32,419 nt of DNA from positions 1-32,419 of the IMG/VR virus record IMGVR_UViG_3300016265_000854; one strand, written 5' to 3'. The notes under the pieces were generated by a model, which saw only the letters and a list, made by a program, of their open reading frames with translations, was not told where the DNA came from and did not search any database. Shown here piece after piece: positions 16,624 through 26,600 of the stretch. This DNA is from a virus (taxonomy: Duplodnaviria; Caudoviricetes). The position numbers were made by a program, and so were the translations under genes. Within the stretch, counting starts at the first letter, position 1. The number at the start of each line of letters is the position of its first letter.

Positions 16624-18242
16624 TGCTGGTCACGATCGACGGGGCAATCATCGACGCTGAACAGGCCCTCCGGGATCTGGATAGGGCGGACTGTGAGGAG
16701 AGCCTGTACACTTTCCTCCAATATGCCTGGCGCTGGTTCGACCCGAGCCCCTTCACCCCTGGGTGGCCGATCGAGGCTGTCGCCGAGCACCTCGAGGCCG
16801 TGGCTGACGGCGAGATCAAGCGGCTGATCATCAACATTCCGCCCCGGTGCGCGAAGAGCAGCTTGGTGTCAGTAGCCTTCCCGTCCTGGGTATGGGCGCA
16901 GAGCCATGTCGGCCCGACGAGCGGCCCCGGCGTTCAGTTCATCATGTCGTCCTACGCCGGGCAGCTAAGCCTCCGCGATAACGTCAAGGCCAGGCGCTTG
17001 ATCGAGAGCCCGTGGTATCGCTCGCTCTGGGAGGAACGCTTCCGGCTGACGAGCGACCAGAACACGAAGGGTCGCTTCGATAACGATCGCGGCGGCGTCC
17101 GCATCGCCACGTCGGTCGGCGCGGCGGTTACGGGCGAAGGCGGCGACATCATCATCATCGACGACCCGAACGGTGCCCAGGACGCCACCTCCGAGGCGGT
17201 GATCGAGAGCACGATCGAATGGTGGGACAGCGCCATGTCCACCCGCCTCAACCGCCCGAAGGAAGGCGCGTTCATCGTCATCCAGCAGCGCCTGGCCGAG
17301 AACGACCTGACCGGGCACATCCTCGAGAAGGACGTGGGCGAGTGGACCCATCTCATGCTGCCGATGCGGTATGAGCCTGACCGAAGCTTCGTCACCTCGA
17401 TCGGCTGGCAGGATCCTCGAGAGTTCGAGGGCGAACTGATGTGGCCCGAGCGGTTCGGCGAGGAGGAAGTGGCGAGCCTCGAGCGCCGCCTCGGCCCCTG
17501 GGCGGCTGCCGGGCAGCTTCAACAGAGGCCCGAGGTGAAGGGCGGCGGCATCATCAAGCGCGAGGACTGGCTGCTCTGGGATAAGGACCGCTTCCCGGAC
17601 ATGGACTACGTCATCGCCTCGCTCGACACGGCCTACACGACGAAGGAGAGCAACGACTACAACGCCCTGGTCATCCTGGGCGTCTTCAGCGGCGAGATGG
17701 TGGATATGCAGGCCCAGGCGTCGAAGGGGCCGAACGGGCAGATCGTCCGCAGCTATAATACGAACATCCCGCCCCGCGTCATGCTGATGAACGCCTGGGC
17801 CGAGCGCCTCGAACTGCACGAACTGGTTCAAAAGGTAGCCGAGAGTTGCCGGGGCGCTCGGATCGACAAGCTTCTGATCGAGAACAAGGCCGCCGGCATC
17901 TCGGTGTCCCAGGAGATCCGCCGCCTTTACGGGCATGAGCCCTGGGCGGTCCAGCTTGTGGACACGGGCCGCCAGGACAAGATGGCCCGGCTCTACTCGG
18001 TCCAGCACCTGTTCGCCGAAGGCATCGTCTACGCCCCCGATCGGTCCTGGGCCGATAAGGTAATCACCCAGGCTGCGGCATTCCCTAAAGCCAAGCATGA
18101 CGACCTTGTCGATGCGCTTAGCCAGGGCATGAAGCACCTTCGCGAAACCGGCATATTGGTGCGCGGCCCCGAGATTACCGCTGGCATCGAGCAAAGCATG
18201 CAGTACACTGGTAAAGGCCCCGCGCCGCTATATCCGACGTGA
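16623..18242 (+). CDS. terL: Terminase large subunit
   Basis: Walker A region INIPPRCAKS, Walker B GDIIIIDDP, QQR..ENDL, nuclease SLDTAY...DYNA...IENKAAG...FPKAKHDDLVDA. Confidence 0.95.
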   Translation: MLVTIDGAIIDAEQALRDLDRADCEESLYTFLQYAWRWFDPSPFTPGWPIEAVAEHLEAVADGEIKRLIINIPPRCAKSSLVSVAFPSWVWAQSHVGPTSGPGVQFIMSSYAGQLSLRDNVKARRLIESPWYRSLWEERFRLTSDQNTKGRFDNDRGGVRIATSVGAAVTGEGGDIIIIDDPNGAQDATSEAVIESTIEWWDSAMSTRLNRPKEGAFIVIQQRLAENDLTGHILEKDVGEWTHLMLPMRYEPDRSFVTSIGWQDPREFEGELMWPERFGEEEVASLERRLGPWAAAGQLQQRPEVKGGGIIKREDWLLWDKDRFPDMDYVIASLDTAYTTKESNDYNALVILGVFSGEMVDMQAQASKGPNGQIVRSYNTNIPPRVMLMNAWAERLELHELVQKVAESCRGARIDKLLIENKAAGISVSQEIRRLYGHEPWAVQLVDTGRQDKMARLYSVQHLFAEGIVYAPDRSWADKVITQAAAFPKAKHDDLVDALSQGMKHLRETGILVRGPEITAGIEQSMQYTGKGPAPLYPT

Positions 18243-18248
18243 GATGAC

Positions 18249-18491
18249 ATGAGATTTAAGAAGCTTAGCGTCCCCGAGCGGGCGCATCCCCTGGTCCGTG
18301 AAATGTACGCCCTGATGAACAAAGAGCGGGTGAGCCTGCTCGACCTGGCGTGGCGCTCGGGCAACCACAAAGACACGCTGTCGGCCTGGCGGCGTCGAGG
18401 AGCGCCCCGGGTGGACATGCTCGAGGCGGCCCTTAACGTCCTGGGCTACCGGCTGTCGATCGAGCCGATCAAGCGGGAGGCTGCCGAATGA
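18249..18491 (+). CDS. HTH DNA-binding protein
   Basis: LLDLAWRSGNHKDTLSAWRRRGAPRVDMLEAALNVLGYRL is XRE-like. Confidence 0.75.
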   Translation: MRFKKLSVPERAHPLVREMYALMNKERVSLLDLAWRSGNHKDTLSAWRRRGAPRVDMLEAALNVLGYRLSIEPIKREAAE

Positions 18492-18676
18492 GGTACGTCC
18501 CGATGAGCCGCATGGCTGTGTCGCTGTGGGAGACGTGCTTTCAGCAGGAAGTAGATAGGGGCCTGACGCCCATCGCCGTGATGCTGGCCGAGGGTCGAAT
18601 GTTTTTTCCGTTCCTCGAGGACGACGACGATCAGACGTTTTCGGCGGACATCTGGTGGGAGGGGAACGATGGATGA
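18488..18676 (+). CDS. Hypothetical protein, 62 aa
   Basis: ATGA coupling, GGAGG RBS. Confidence 0.6.
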   Translation: MRYVPMSRMAVSLWETCFQQEVDRGLTPIAVMLAEGRMFFPFLEDDDDQTFSADIWWEGNDG

Positions 18677-18911
18677 CCAGCACGGGCGGTGCCCGCACTG
18701 CGATGCCGACATGAACGGCGGCTCGATCTGGGCCTACTTCCTCGACGCCACGGGCGGGGATGAGAAGGAAGCCGACTTCATCGCCTCAATGTACGGCGCG
18801 ACCCGCGATAAGGGCCGCTGGGGTCGGCAGATCGGCATCACGCCGGTCGGGGAAGACCGGGTTACTGACTGGCAGTGCCCGGACTGCAAGGGGCTGTGGC
18901 CCCGTAAATGA
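18669..18911 (+). CDS. Zinc-ribbon protein
   Basis: CPHC...WQCPDC, GGAGG RBS. Confidence 0.75.
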   Translation: MDDQHGRCPHCDADMNGGSIWAYFLDATGGDEKEADFIASMYGATRDKGRWGRQIGITPVGEDRVTDWQCPDCKGLWPRK

Positions 18912-19195
18912 GGAGAAAAGACATGATCGACGTTGAACGCACCATCAGCATGCTCCGCACTGCGGAGGACGATCCCGTGCAGCAGGAGGCGGCTGACCTG
19001 ATTGGTCAGATGGCCGTCTATATCGCTAAGCTCCACGACGCGATCTATGAGTGGTCGAAGGCCATCAATGCCGCCGAGGGCGTCCTGTTCCTCGACAACC
19101 TGTTCAGCCGGGAATTGATCGAGGACATCCTCGAAGAGGCGCGGGAGCGCGAAGAGCGGCAGGAGGCTTTCGACAGGGAGATGGCCCGGGCGTGA
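18908..19195 (+). CDS. Hypothetical protein
   Basis: Coupled ORF in a run of small genes. The true start may be the ATG at 18923 after GAGGAG. Confidence 0.65.
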   Translation: MRRKDMIDVERTISMLRTAEDDPVQQEAADLIGQMAVYIAKLHDAIYEWSKAINAAEGVLFLDNLFSRELIEDILEEAREREERQEAFDREMARA

Positions 19196-19377
19196 ACTGG
19201 GGCCATCACATCGGAACGCCGCACCAGTGGCGCATGGTGTTCGTGAAGGGGCGTCGTCTCCCCTTCCGGCCCGTGCGATGGCTCTACTACAGATCGAACC
19301 AAGGGTTTCGTCCCTGCGGCTTCTGGAAGCGTAAGGCGGCCAAGGAGACGTTCTACATCGAGGACATCAGGATATGA
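19192..19377 (+). CDS. Small basic hypothetical protein
   Basis: GTGA overlap at the start and ATGA overlap at the end. Confidence 0.5.
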   Translation: MNWGHHIGTPHQWRMVFVKGRRLPFRPVRWLYYRSNQGFRPCGFWKRKAAKETFYIEDIRI

Positions 19378-19553
19378 CCGACATTCCCACGTGGGTTGAT
19401 CGCTGCGAAGCGCACCCTGCCCATCAGAGCGGCATGGTGTCTCATAGAATGATTCAGATGAGAATGCAGGAGGAGATTGACGATCTCCGGAGCGAGATCT
19501 CGCGGCTGCGGAAGGAACTTAAGAAGGCCCGTCCGCAGGGCAAGGAGAAATGA
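19374..19553 (+). CDS. Hypothetical protein, 59 aa (MTDIPTWVDRCEAHPAHQSGMVSHRMIQMRMQEEIDDLR...)
   Basis: ATGA overlaps at both ends, GAGGA RBS. Not in the ORF track. Confidence 0.65.
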   Translation: MTDIPTWVDRCEAHPAHQSGMVSHRMIQMRMQEEIDDLRSEISRLRKELKKARPQGKEK

Positions 19554-19765
19554 TGATGGCCGACATCGTTGAGCGTCTGAGGACGCTGGGGAACGCCCCC
19601 TTCCTCGAAGAAGCGGCGGAGGAAATCGAGCAGCTTCGGACGATGCTGGAGCAGTGCCGATTCCTGCTGACCATGCTCCACCCTGACCACCACGGGGAGA
19701 TGTCGAACGCCGAGATCGCCAGTCTATTCGGCGCGACCCTCAACATGCTGGAGGAGAGGACGTAA
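19550..19765 (+). CDS. Hypothetical protein (DIVERLR...EAAEEIEQLR type)
   Basis: Motif typical of small phage accessory proteins, AAGGAG RBS. Confidence 0.7.
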   Translation: MMMADIVERLRTLGNAPFLEEAAEEIEQLRTMLEQCRFLLTMLHPDHHGEMSNAEIASLFGATLNMLEERT

Positions 19766-19768
19766 GCC

Positions 19769-20113
19769 ATGTCCTATTGCCGGTGGGGAGACTGTGACGT
19801 GTACGTCTATGAACATGTCGATGGGGGCTGGGTGACACATGTCGCTAGCTGCCGACGGGTCGGCGGCTTCCCGCCCCCTTACGATTCCAGTTCTCTTGAG
19901 GCGTGGAAAAATTCAATCAAGGCCCGAGATGAATGGTTTGTGGCTCATCGAGAAATGGTTGAGATCAATCTTCCTCACGCGGGCCAAACCTTTGTCGATG
20001 AAACCCCCGGCGAATGTGCGGGCCGTCTCGAATGGCTCCGTTCGCTTGGGTACATCGTGCCAGATCACGCGATAGCGGAACTCCGTGAGGAGCATGAAAT
20101 GGGGGAAAAATGA
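19769..20113 (+). CDS. Hypothetical protein, 114 aa (MSYCRW..CDVYVY)
   Basis: GAGGA RBS, globular sequence. Confidence 0.75.
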   Translation: MSYCRWGDCDVYVYEHVDGGWVTHVASCRRVGGFPPPYDSSSLEAWKNSIKARDEWFVAHREMVEINLPHAGQTFVDETPGECAGRLEWLRSLGYIVPDHAIAELREEHEMGEK

Positions 20114-20238
20114 CAATCGACGACATTCTGGCGGCGAACAGCCTGCCGACCGATCGGGCGAGCCTTATGCGAATGATCCGCGCCCTGGCCGCCGAGATCA
20201 AAAGGCTCCGCGAGGAAAAAAAGAACGTTCCTGGCTAA
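20110..20238 (+). CDS. Small hypothetical protein, 42 aa
   Basis: ATGA overlap, MTIDDILAANSLPTDRASLMRMIRALAAEIKRLREEKKNVPG. Confidence 0.5.
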   Translation: MTIDDILAANSLPTDRASLMRMIRALAAEIKRLREEKKNVPG

Positions 20239-20310
20239 ATGTGCGTTGCTAACTGGGGAAACGTGTGCCAATATCCTCATCCATGATATGAACTAGATGA
20301 GGGCATTGAT

Positions 20311-20679
20311 ATGAAAGACACCAAGACCCAGCGCATGCTTTCGCTGCTCGACGTGATCGACAGCAAGGGCGTCATCAACGTCAAGGATATGGTTCGGGAG
20401 GGCCACCCGATCCACATGCTCCGGCCCTACCTGGTCGAACTCGAGAACAACGGCCTGGTGATGAAGGTGGCCCGTGGCGTCTATGGAGCCGGCCCTCGGT
20501 ATCGCGTCCAGCCGGCGGGCACGAAGTTCGACCCAGGATCGCGCAAGAGGATGATGGCCGAGATGGCCCGCCAACTGCTTCAGAGCCCCGCTGGCGGGCG
20601 CGGGTATCCGATGACGGAGGTCGCCAAGATCCTCCACATATCCACCCCGACGCTTCGCCGTCTCCTCGTCAACTTCTGA
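20311..20679 (+). CDS. Double-HTH DNA-binding protein
   Basis: N-terminal wHTH (LVELENNGLVMKVARGVY) and C-terminal HTH (MTEVAKILHISTPTLRR). AT-rich promoter-like gap upstream. Confidence 0.7.
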   Translation: MKDTKTQRMLSLLDVIDSKGVINVKDMVREGHPIHMLRPYLVELENNGLVMKVARGVYGAGPRYRVQPAGTKFDPGSRKRMMAEMARQLLQSPAGGRGYPMTEVAKILHISTPTLRRLLVNF

Positions 20680-20688
20680 GGTGCGGCC

Positions 20689-20901
20689 ATGATTGAGCCA
20701 TATGAAGCGTTTCGCGACCGGACGCGCCTCGAGATCAACCGCCTGAAGGACGAGATCATTTTCCTGAAGGCCAAGCTTCGGACGCCCCACGACGATCTGT
20801 TGGATGCTCTGAGGAACGAGAACGCCAATCTCCGGCACGAACTCGAGGTTCTGCGGGAGAAGGTCGGCTTTATGATGGGGGATCGTTATGAGGCTTCATG
20901 A
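20689..20901 (+). CDS. Coiled-coil hypothetical protein
   Basis: GAGGT RBS, heptad pattern. Confidence 0.6.
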   Translation: MIEPYEAFRDRTRLEINRLKDEIIFLKAKLRTPHDDLLDALRNENANLRHELEVLREKVGFMMGDRYEAS

Positions 20902-21118
20902 GGCATTCACGGGCAACGCTTGGGAGGGGCCGGCTCGAGCAATGGCCCGCGTCGATAACCCAGGTTTTGTGTGGGAAGATTTGGGCGACGTTGCCAAGCA
21001 GCGTTATCGTCGCCTAGCGGTCGCGGCGATGTTCTCCCTGGCTGGCGAGGGGTGGCGACCGTCGCCTTGGGCTCACGTCATAACCAAGTTACGCAAGCGA
21101 TTTTCTATGCTAGTCTAG
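20888..21118 (+). CDS. Hypothetical protein, 76 aa
   Basis: Fills the gap before the portal, ARAMA...WEDL...YRRLA pattern. Confidence 0.5.
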   Translation: MRLHEAFTGNAWEGPARAMARVDNPGFVWEDLGDVAKQRYRRLAVAAMFSLAGEGWRPSPWAHVITKLRKRFSMLV

Positions 21119-21141
21119 CCTCTCCCGGAGAGGATTTAGAC

Positions 21142-23493
21142 ATGGCTTTGACACCCGGCCTGAATGCCAATATCCGCCAGCCCATGCCTGAGCCGGAGGC
21201 GCTCCAGCCGGGTGTCGAGGTCGTCGTAGAGGACGCCGACGAGGGCTCGGATCTTCCCGAGTATGGCGATCGCGGCGAGATCCTCCGCATCGAGCATCCT
21301 GATGGCTCGATCTCGGTCAGCCTGGACGGCACCCCTATCGCCGGCGGCCCGCAGAAGCCAAACCTCGACTGGTTCGACAATCTCGTTGATGAGGTGTCGG
21401 ACGCGGAACTGTCCCGCATCGCGGAGGAACTGCTGCGCGGGATCCGCGACGACCTGGACAGCCGCAAAGACTGGGTTGAGGACCGCGCCACGGGCCTGAA
21501 GCTTCTTGGCCTGAAGGTCGAGGTGCCGGGCCTCGGCGGCAGCGCCGAGGGTGCGCCGGTCGAGGGCATGAGCCGCGTCCGCCATCCCCTGCTGCTCGAG
21601 GCCGTCCTGCGCTTCCAGGCGAACGCCAGGAGCGAACTGCTGCCGACCGATGGGCCGGTGAAGGTCCGCGTAAACCAGGCCACTGCCGACCCCGGCGACG
21701 ACGACCTGGCGAACGCCCTCGAGGATGACCTGAACCATTACCTGACCTCGGTGGCGAGCGAGTACTATCCCGACACCGACCGCATGCTGCTGATGCTTGG
21801 CTTCGGCGGCACGTCGTTCAAGAAGGTCTACTACTGCCCGCTCCGGCAGCGCCCGGTGAGCGAGACGGTCGATGCCGAAGACCTGATCGTCAATAACGAG
21901 GCGACCGACCTCCGCAACGCCAAGCGCATTACGCACCGCGTATACATGCGCCCCTCGACGGTGAAGCGGCTCCAGATCCTGGGCGTCTACCGGGATGTAG
22001 ATCTGCCGGCCCCGCTCCAGCCCGAGTGGGACAGCGTTCAGCGCGAGAAGCGCGAGACTGAGGGCCTGAACGGCGGCACGTTCAATCCCGATGATCGCGA
22101 CCGCGAGATTTACGAGTGCTATTGCGAACTCAACATTGAGGGGTTCGAGCACAAGTTTAAGGGCAAGGAGACGGGGCTCGAGATCCCGTACCGCATCACG
22201 ATCGACGTGTCGTCGCGCCAGATCCTTAGCATTGTCCGCAATTACGACGAAGACACGGCGGATCTGCCCGAGGCTCGTACCAATTTCGTCAAGTACACGT
22301 TCGTGCCTGGCTTTGGCTTTTACGACATTGGTCTTCTTCATATTCTTGGTAATACGACGAACGCCATCACGGCGGCCTGGCGCGAAATGCTCGACGCTGG
22401 CATGTATGCCAACTTCCCCGGCTTCTTGCTGGCGGACACGGGCGCTCGGCAGAACACGAACATCTTCCGGGTGCCTCCCGGTGGTTCTGCCCTGGTGAAG
22501 ACCGGCGGTATGCCGCTCAGCCAGGCGGTCATGCCCCTGCCGTACAAAGAGCCCTCGGGCGCTCTGATGTCCCTGGTGGACAACATGGCCCAGACGGGCA
22601 TGAGGATCGGCGGCACGTCGGAGCAACAGGTCGGCGAGGGCCGGGCAGACGCGCCGGTCGGCACGACGCTGGCGATGATCGAACAGGCGACCAAGGTTCT
22701 GAACGCGGTCCACAAGCGCCTACATGCCGCCCAGGCGGAGGAGTTCAGGCTACTGTGCCAGTGCTTCCGCGAGCACCCGGAAAGCTTCTGGCAGCGAAAC
22801 CGCCGGCCCGCCTACCCCTGGGACGAGCAGACGTTCCTCGCGGCCCTCGAGGATTACGACCTGACCCCGCAGGCGGATCCGAACACGGCGAGCCATGCCC
22901 AGCGCGTGATGAAGATCATGGCGCTGAAGCAGCTTCAGGCGGCCCAGCCGAACCTTTACGACCCGGTCGCGATCGACACGGCGGCCCTCCGCGCCATTGG
23001 TTGGAACAACCCCGAGCAGTTCATGATCCCCGAGGGCGTAAACCAGCCGAACGCCCAGGTCATGAAGTACATGGCCGATGCCCAGGTGAAGGCCCAGGAC
23101 GCCGAAACCAAGGCGAAGCTTGTCGAAGCCAAGACGATGGAAGCGATGGCTCGAGCCCAGGACATGAAGGTCCGCACGGCTTTCGACATGGCGAAGTTCA
23201 AGGCCGAGCAGGACGAGGTGACCAAGGGCGACAGCCGGAAGGACGCCCTCGAGGCCGCGCAGCTTGGCATCGACGCCAGGAAGCTTCAGGTCGAGGAAGA
23301 CGCCCAGCTTTCGAGCGAGCGCCTCGAACTGGTGGATCTCGCCCAGAGCCTGGCGGTCCATCCCGAAAGCGCCGCCCTGGTGGCCCCGCTCATGCGGCCT
23401 CTTATGGACGCCGTACAACAGAAGAGTGCCAGGCCGCCGGCAGTCCCTGGGCCTGGCCTTGTGCCCCCGCAGATGCCGCCTAGGAGGCCGTAA
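21142..23493 (+). CDS. Portal protein (P22-like, long helical C-terminal barrel)
   Basis: D..SRKDW...HPLLLEAVLRFQA...G.SFKKVYY...GFYDIGL...PVGTTLAMIEQ...HKRLH and a long Ala/Gln helical tail. Downstream of terL, GAGGA RBS before ATG 21142. Confidence 0.88.
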   Translation: MALTPGLNANIRQPMPEPEALQPGVEVVVEDADEGSDLPEYGDRGEILRIEHPDGSISVSLDGTPIAGGPQKPNLDWFDNLVDEVSDAELSRIAEELLRGIRDDLDSRKDWVEDRATGLKLLGLKVEVPGLGGSAEGAPVEGMSRVRHPLLLEAVLRFQANARSELLPTDGPVKVRVNQATADPGDDDLANALEDDLNHYLTSVASEYYPDTDRMLLMLGFGGTSFKKVYYCPLRQRPVSETVDAEDLIVNNEATDLRNAKRITHRVYMRPSTVKRLQILGVYRDVDLPAPLQPEWDSVQREKRETEGLNGGTFNPDDRDREIYECYCELNIEGFEHKFKGKETGLEIPYRITIDVSSRQILSIVRNYDEDTADLPEARTNFVKYTFVPGFGFYDIGLLHILGNTTNAITAAWREMLDAGMYANFPGFLLADTGARQNTNIFRVPPGGSALVKTGGMPLSQAVMPLPYKEPSGALMSLVDNMAQTGMRIGGTSEQQVGEGRADAPVGTTLAMIEQATKVLNAVHKRLHAAQAEEFRLLCQCFREHPESFWQRNRRPAYPWDEQTFLAALEDYDLTPQADPNTASHAQRVMKIMALKQLQAAQPNLYDPVAIDTAALRAIGWNNPEQFMIPEGVNQPNAQVMKYMADAQVKAQDAETKAKLVEAKTMEAMARAQDMKVRTAFDMAKFKAEQDEVTKGDSRKDALEAAQLGIDARKLQVEEDAQLSSERLELVDLAQSLAVHPESAALVAPLMRPLMDAVQQKSARPPAVPGPGLVPPQMPPRRP

Positions 23494-23663
23494 TGAGCAA
23501 GGACGTGCGCCGCGCCATGCAGGTGGCGAAGTCGGTCATGGAAAAGCCTGCGGCGAAGGTCGAAGCGGCCCGGAAGCTTGACCGGCATCCGGCCCTCGAC
23601 ATCCCCGGCACTCACGTCCGTCACGAAGTTCACGGCGAGCCCATCTTCACCGGGGAAGACTGA
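23493..23663 (+). CDS. Small protein, 56 aa (MSKDVRRAMQVAKSVMEKPAAK...HGEPIFTGED)
   Basis: AGGAGG RBS, TAATG and TGATG coupling to the portal and the next gene. Not in the ORF track. Confidence 0.75.
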   Translation: MSKDVRRAMQVAKSVMEKPAAKVEAARKLDRHPALDIPGTHVRHEVHGEPIFTGED

Positions 23664-26600
23664 TGACTGACAAAGCCGTCCGCAGCGCGTTGATGGTGGC
23701 TCGTCAAACTGTCCATCGGACGCCTTCCGAGCCCCAGAAAAAGGCGGGGAATTACCGTAAGGGGCATTTGTCGTTCCACGGCCTCCCGGTAACGATTGAA
23801 AACCCCAAGGGCGGATATCGCCGAGGCGTCGATCCGAACGGCAAGCCGTGGGCGGTGCGGATGCCTGCGGACTATGGGTATATCAAGCGCACCGAGGGCG
23901 CGGACGGCGACCATGTGGACGTGTACATCGGCCCCCATCTGTCGTCCCCGGCAGTGTTTATTGTCGATCAGAAAGACGCCGAAACGGGCCGCTTTGATGA
24001 ACACAAGGTCATGCTCGGCTTCGACACGGAGAAAGATGCTGTCGAAACGTACCTAAAGGGCTTTAGCGACGGTAAGGCCAAAGATCGTTTGGGCAAAGTG
24101 ACCGGGATGAGCATCCCATCGTTCAAGGCATGGCTGAAGCACGAAGACACGACGCGCCCGGCGGCCCGGATTGCCAAGGCCGAGGGCGGCGAAGTCGAAG
24201 ATGATTACCGGGGCGGACATACGGCCCCGGATGCCGAAAGCGGCGCTCCCCTTCATGACGTGCGCGGCGTTTACCCGGACGATTTTTACGGCCCGAACGG
24301 GTTCCGCTATTACGCCGACTTTGGGAACCCCTACGATCAGGAAGCCTACGCCAAGATCCGGGATGCCAAGGCGCGACCGAATATGCGCCTTGAGGTGTAC
24401 CGCGCCGTTCCCAAAGACCAGCGCATCACCGATATCAACAAGGGCGACTGGGTGGCGATCAGTCGGCAGTACGCCAAGGACCACGGGGAGCATGCGCTCA
24501 ACGGGAATTACAAGATCCTGAAAAAGACCGTGGCGGCCCGCGATCTGTTCACCGCAGGAGATAGCCACCATGAATGGGGCTACCACCCGTCGCCGACGAT
24601 GAGCCATTCCGAGCGCGTTGCCTTGGCAAATCAGGCTCGCGCCAAATTCGGAATGCCCCCGCTTGAGGGGAAGGCCGAGGGCGGCGAAGTCGGCGACGTG
24701 CCCAACGCCATGAACGTCTTCCCCAAGCCCCAGCGCATGCTCCAGGGCGACGATTACGTGCCGGGCGGCAAGTACCTCGACGCGGCGACGGGCGAGGACG
24801 TAACGGGCCACAAAGCGTCGTCGGCCAGCATCGCCATCGCCCCCGGCGGGAAGCCTTCGTTCACCGCCTCGCGGGACGCGGTCGATCAGACGGGATCCCC
24901 CGGCAAGGGCGCGAAACAGATCAAGGCGAACCTCTTCCGCCGGAAAGGGCGCTGGGACTGGGTCGATGCGCCCGAAGGCCACGAAGACAGCGCCATGCTG
25001 GTGTCCCTTGTCCAGCACGACAAGGGCAAGAAACAGCACTACTATTCGCTCGCCGCGCACTTCCCGAAGGGCGTGGATCTTGCCCGTTACCCCAAGGAGA
25101 AGGACGAGCCACGGCTGCGCCCGACGACCAAGGGGGCGTTGGAGTTTGGCCCACAGGTCGGCTCGATCAGGACGAGCAACGGCCACGTCCACCCGGTCTA
25201 CCAGCACATCATCGCCAAGGCGGATGGCGGCCTCGTCACGACGGCGGACGACGACGAAGAGCCCGGCATCACGGCCTATCAGGGCGGCCCGCACCGCGTT
25301 GGCCCCGAGGGCTACGACAATTCCAAGATCGGTACGGGAGAGGGGGCTCAGGTCTACGGACACGGGCATTACTTTGCCGAACATGAACCCGTGGCGATTG
25401 GATACCGCAATAAACTTGCGGGGGCGCCCGGCCTCACCTATGACGGCCAAAAAGTCTTCGGTCACGCCCCCGCAATCTTGAAGAAAATCCATGAAGCCGG
25501 TGGCTCGGTGGATGCTGCGGTTCTGGCAAGCGTATGCATGGATATGGCGGATTACGATCCCGACAAGGCTCTTAAACTTATTCGGCAGCGGAAAAACGTA
25601 GACCCGGACGTTGCAAGCGAGGCGGCGCACCATCTTCTGCGGATAAAAAATGCGCCATCCCCCGGTTACATGCACGAAGTCCGCATCAAGGGCCGTCCCG
25701 AGCATTTCCTCGACTGGGATGCCCGTTTGAGCGAACAGCCTGAAGCTTATGACGCCATCCGTAACCACCTTCAGAGGCTTGCTGAAAAAGAGCCGTCTGG
25801 ACCGTGGGCACAGATGGGTTCAGACGTTGAAAACCGCGCCGGTGAAATTACTGGGCGCGACATGCATGACATGCTGCATAATTTTCGTGGGTTTGCTTTT
25901 TCCAAGAAGATGGCCGCCCGCCATCTTTCCGACGCTGGCATCCGGGGCATCCGTTACCTCGACGCGGGTTCCCGTGGCGCTGGCGAGGGCACCCGCAACT
26001 ACGTCGTCTTCGACCCCAAGCACATCGAGATCAAGCGCCGGTACGCCGAAGGCGGGAGCGTTGACGACGATCCCACGGTCAACCAGGCCCTGGCGCTGAC
26101 CCGACCCAACGACATGGGCCTATACTCGGGCGCGGCGGCCAATATCCTGGCATCGAAGCAGCCCAAGGGTCCGCTCGATCAGATGCTGGCTTCCGCCAGG
26201 GGCATCAAGCCTGACGAGATCCAGTGGTCCGGGATCCACGAAGCCCTGGGCGGCAAGAAGGTGACCCGCGAAGACATCGCCCGGCACTTCGCCGAGAACA
26301 TGCCCCAGGTTCAGGCTACGACGCTCCGCGCTGGCGGGAATGAAGGCGAACCTCAGTATGGAGATTACACGCTCCCCGGGGGCGAAAATTACCGCGAGGT
26401 GCTGCTGCATCTTCCCGAAAGGGAGCCGCCGAATTTCCCTGATTTTGAATCGTATTTCAAAAGGTCGTTCACCAGGCACTCTCCGGAGGCCGAAGAATAT
26501 GTTCGACAGCGGGCAATGGAGGATTGGCAAGCCGCAGAAGGGAAAATCCCCGACTACCGATCTGCCGAGAACTACAACTCGAGCCATTGGGACCAGCCCA

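Noticed and set aside
16623-23493. GG dipeptides in terminase and portal (EVKGGGI, GFGGTSF, KTGGMPL, RIGGTSE)
   Set aside because: They lie within conserved folded regions and mostly lack the motif's flanking pattern, so they were not counted as motif copies.
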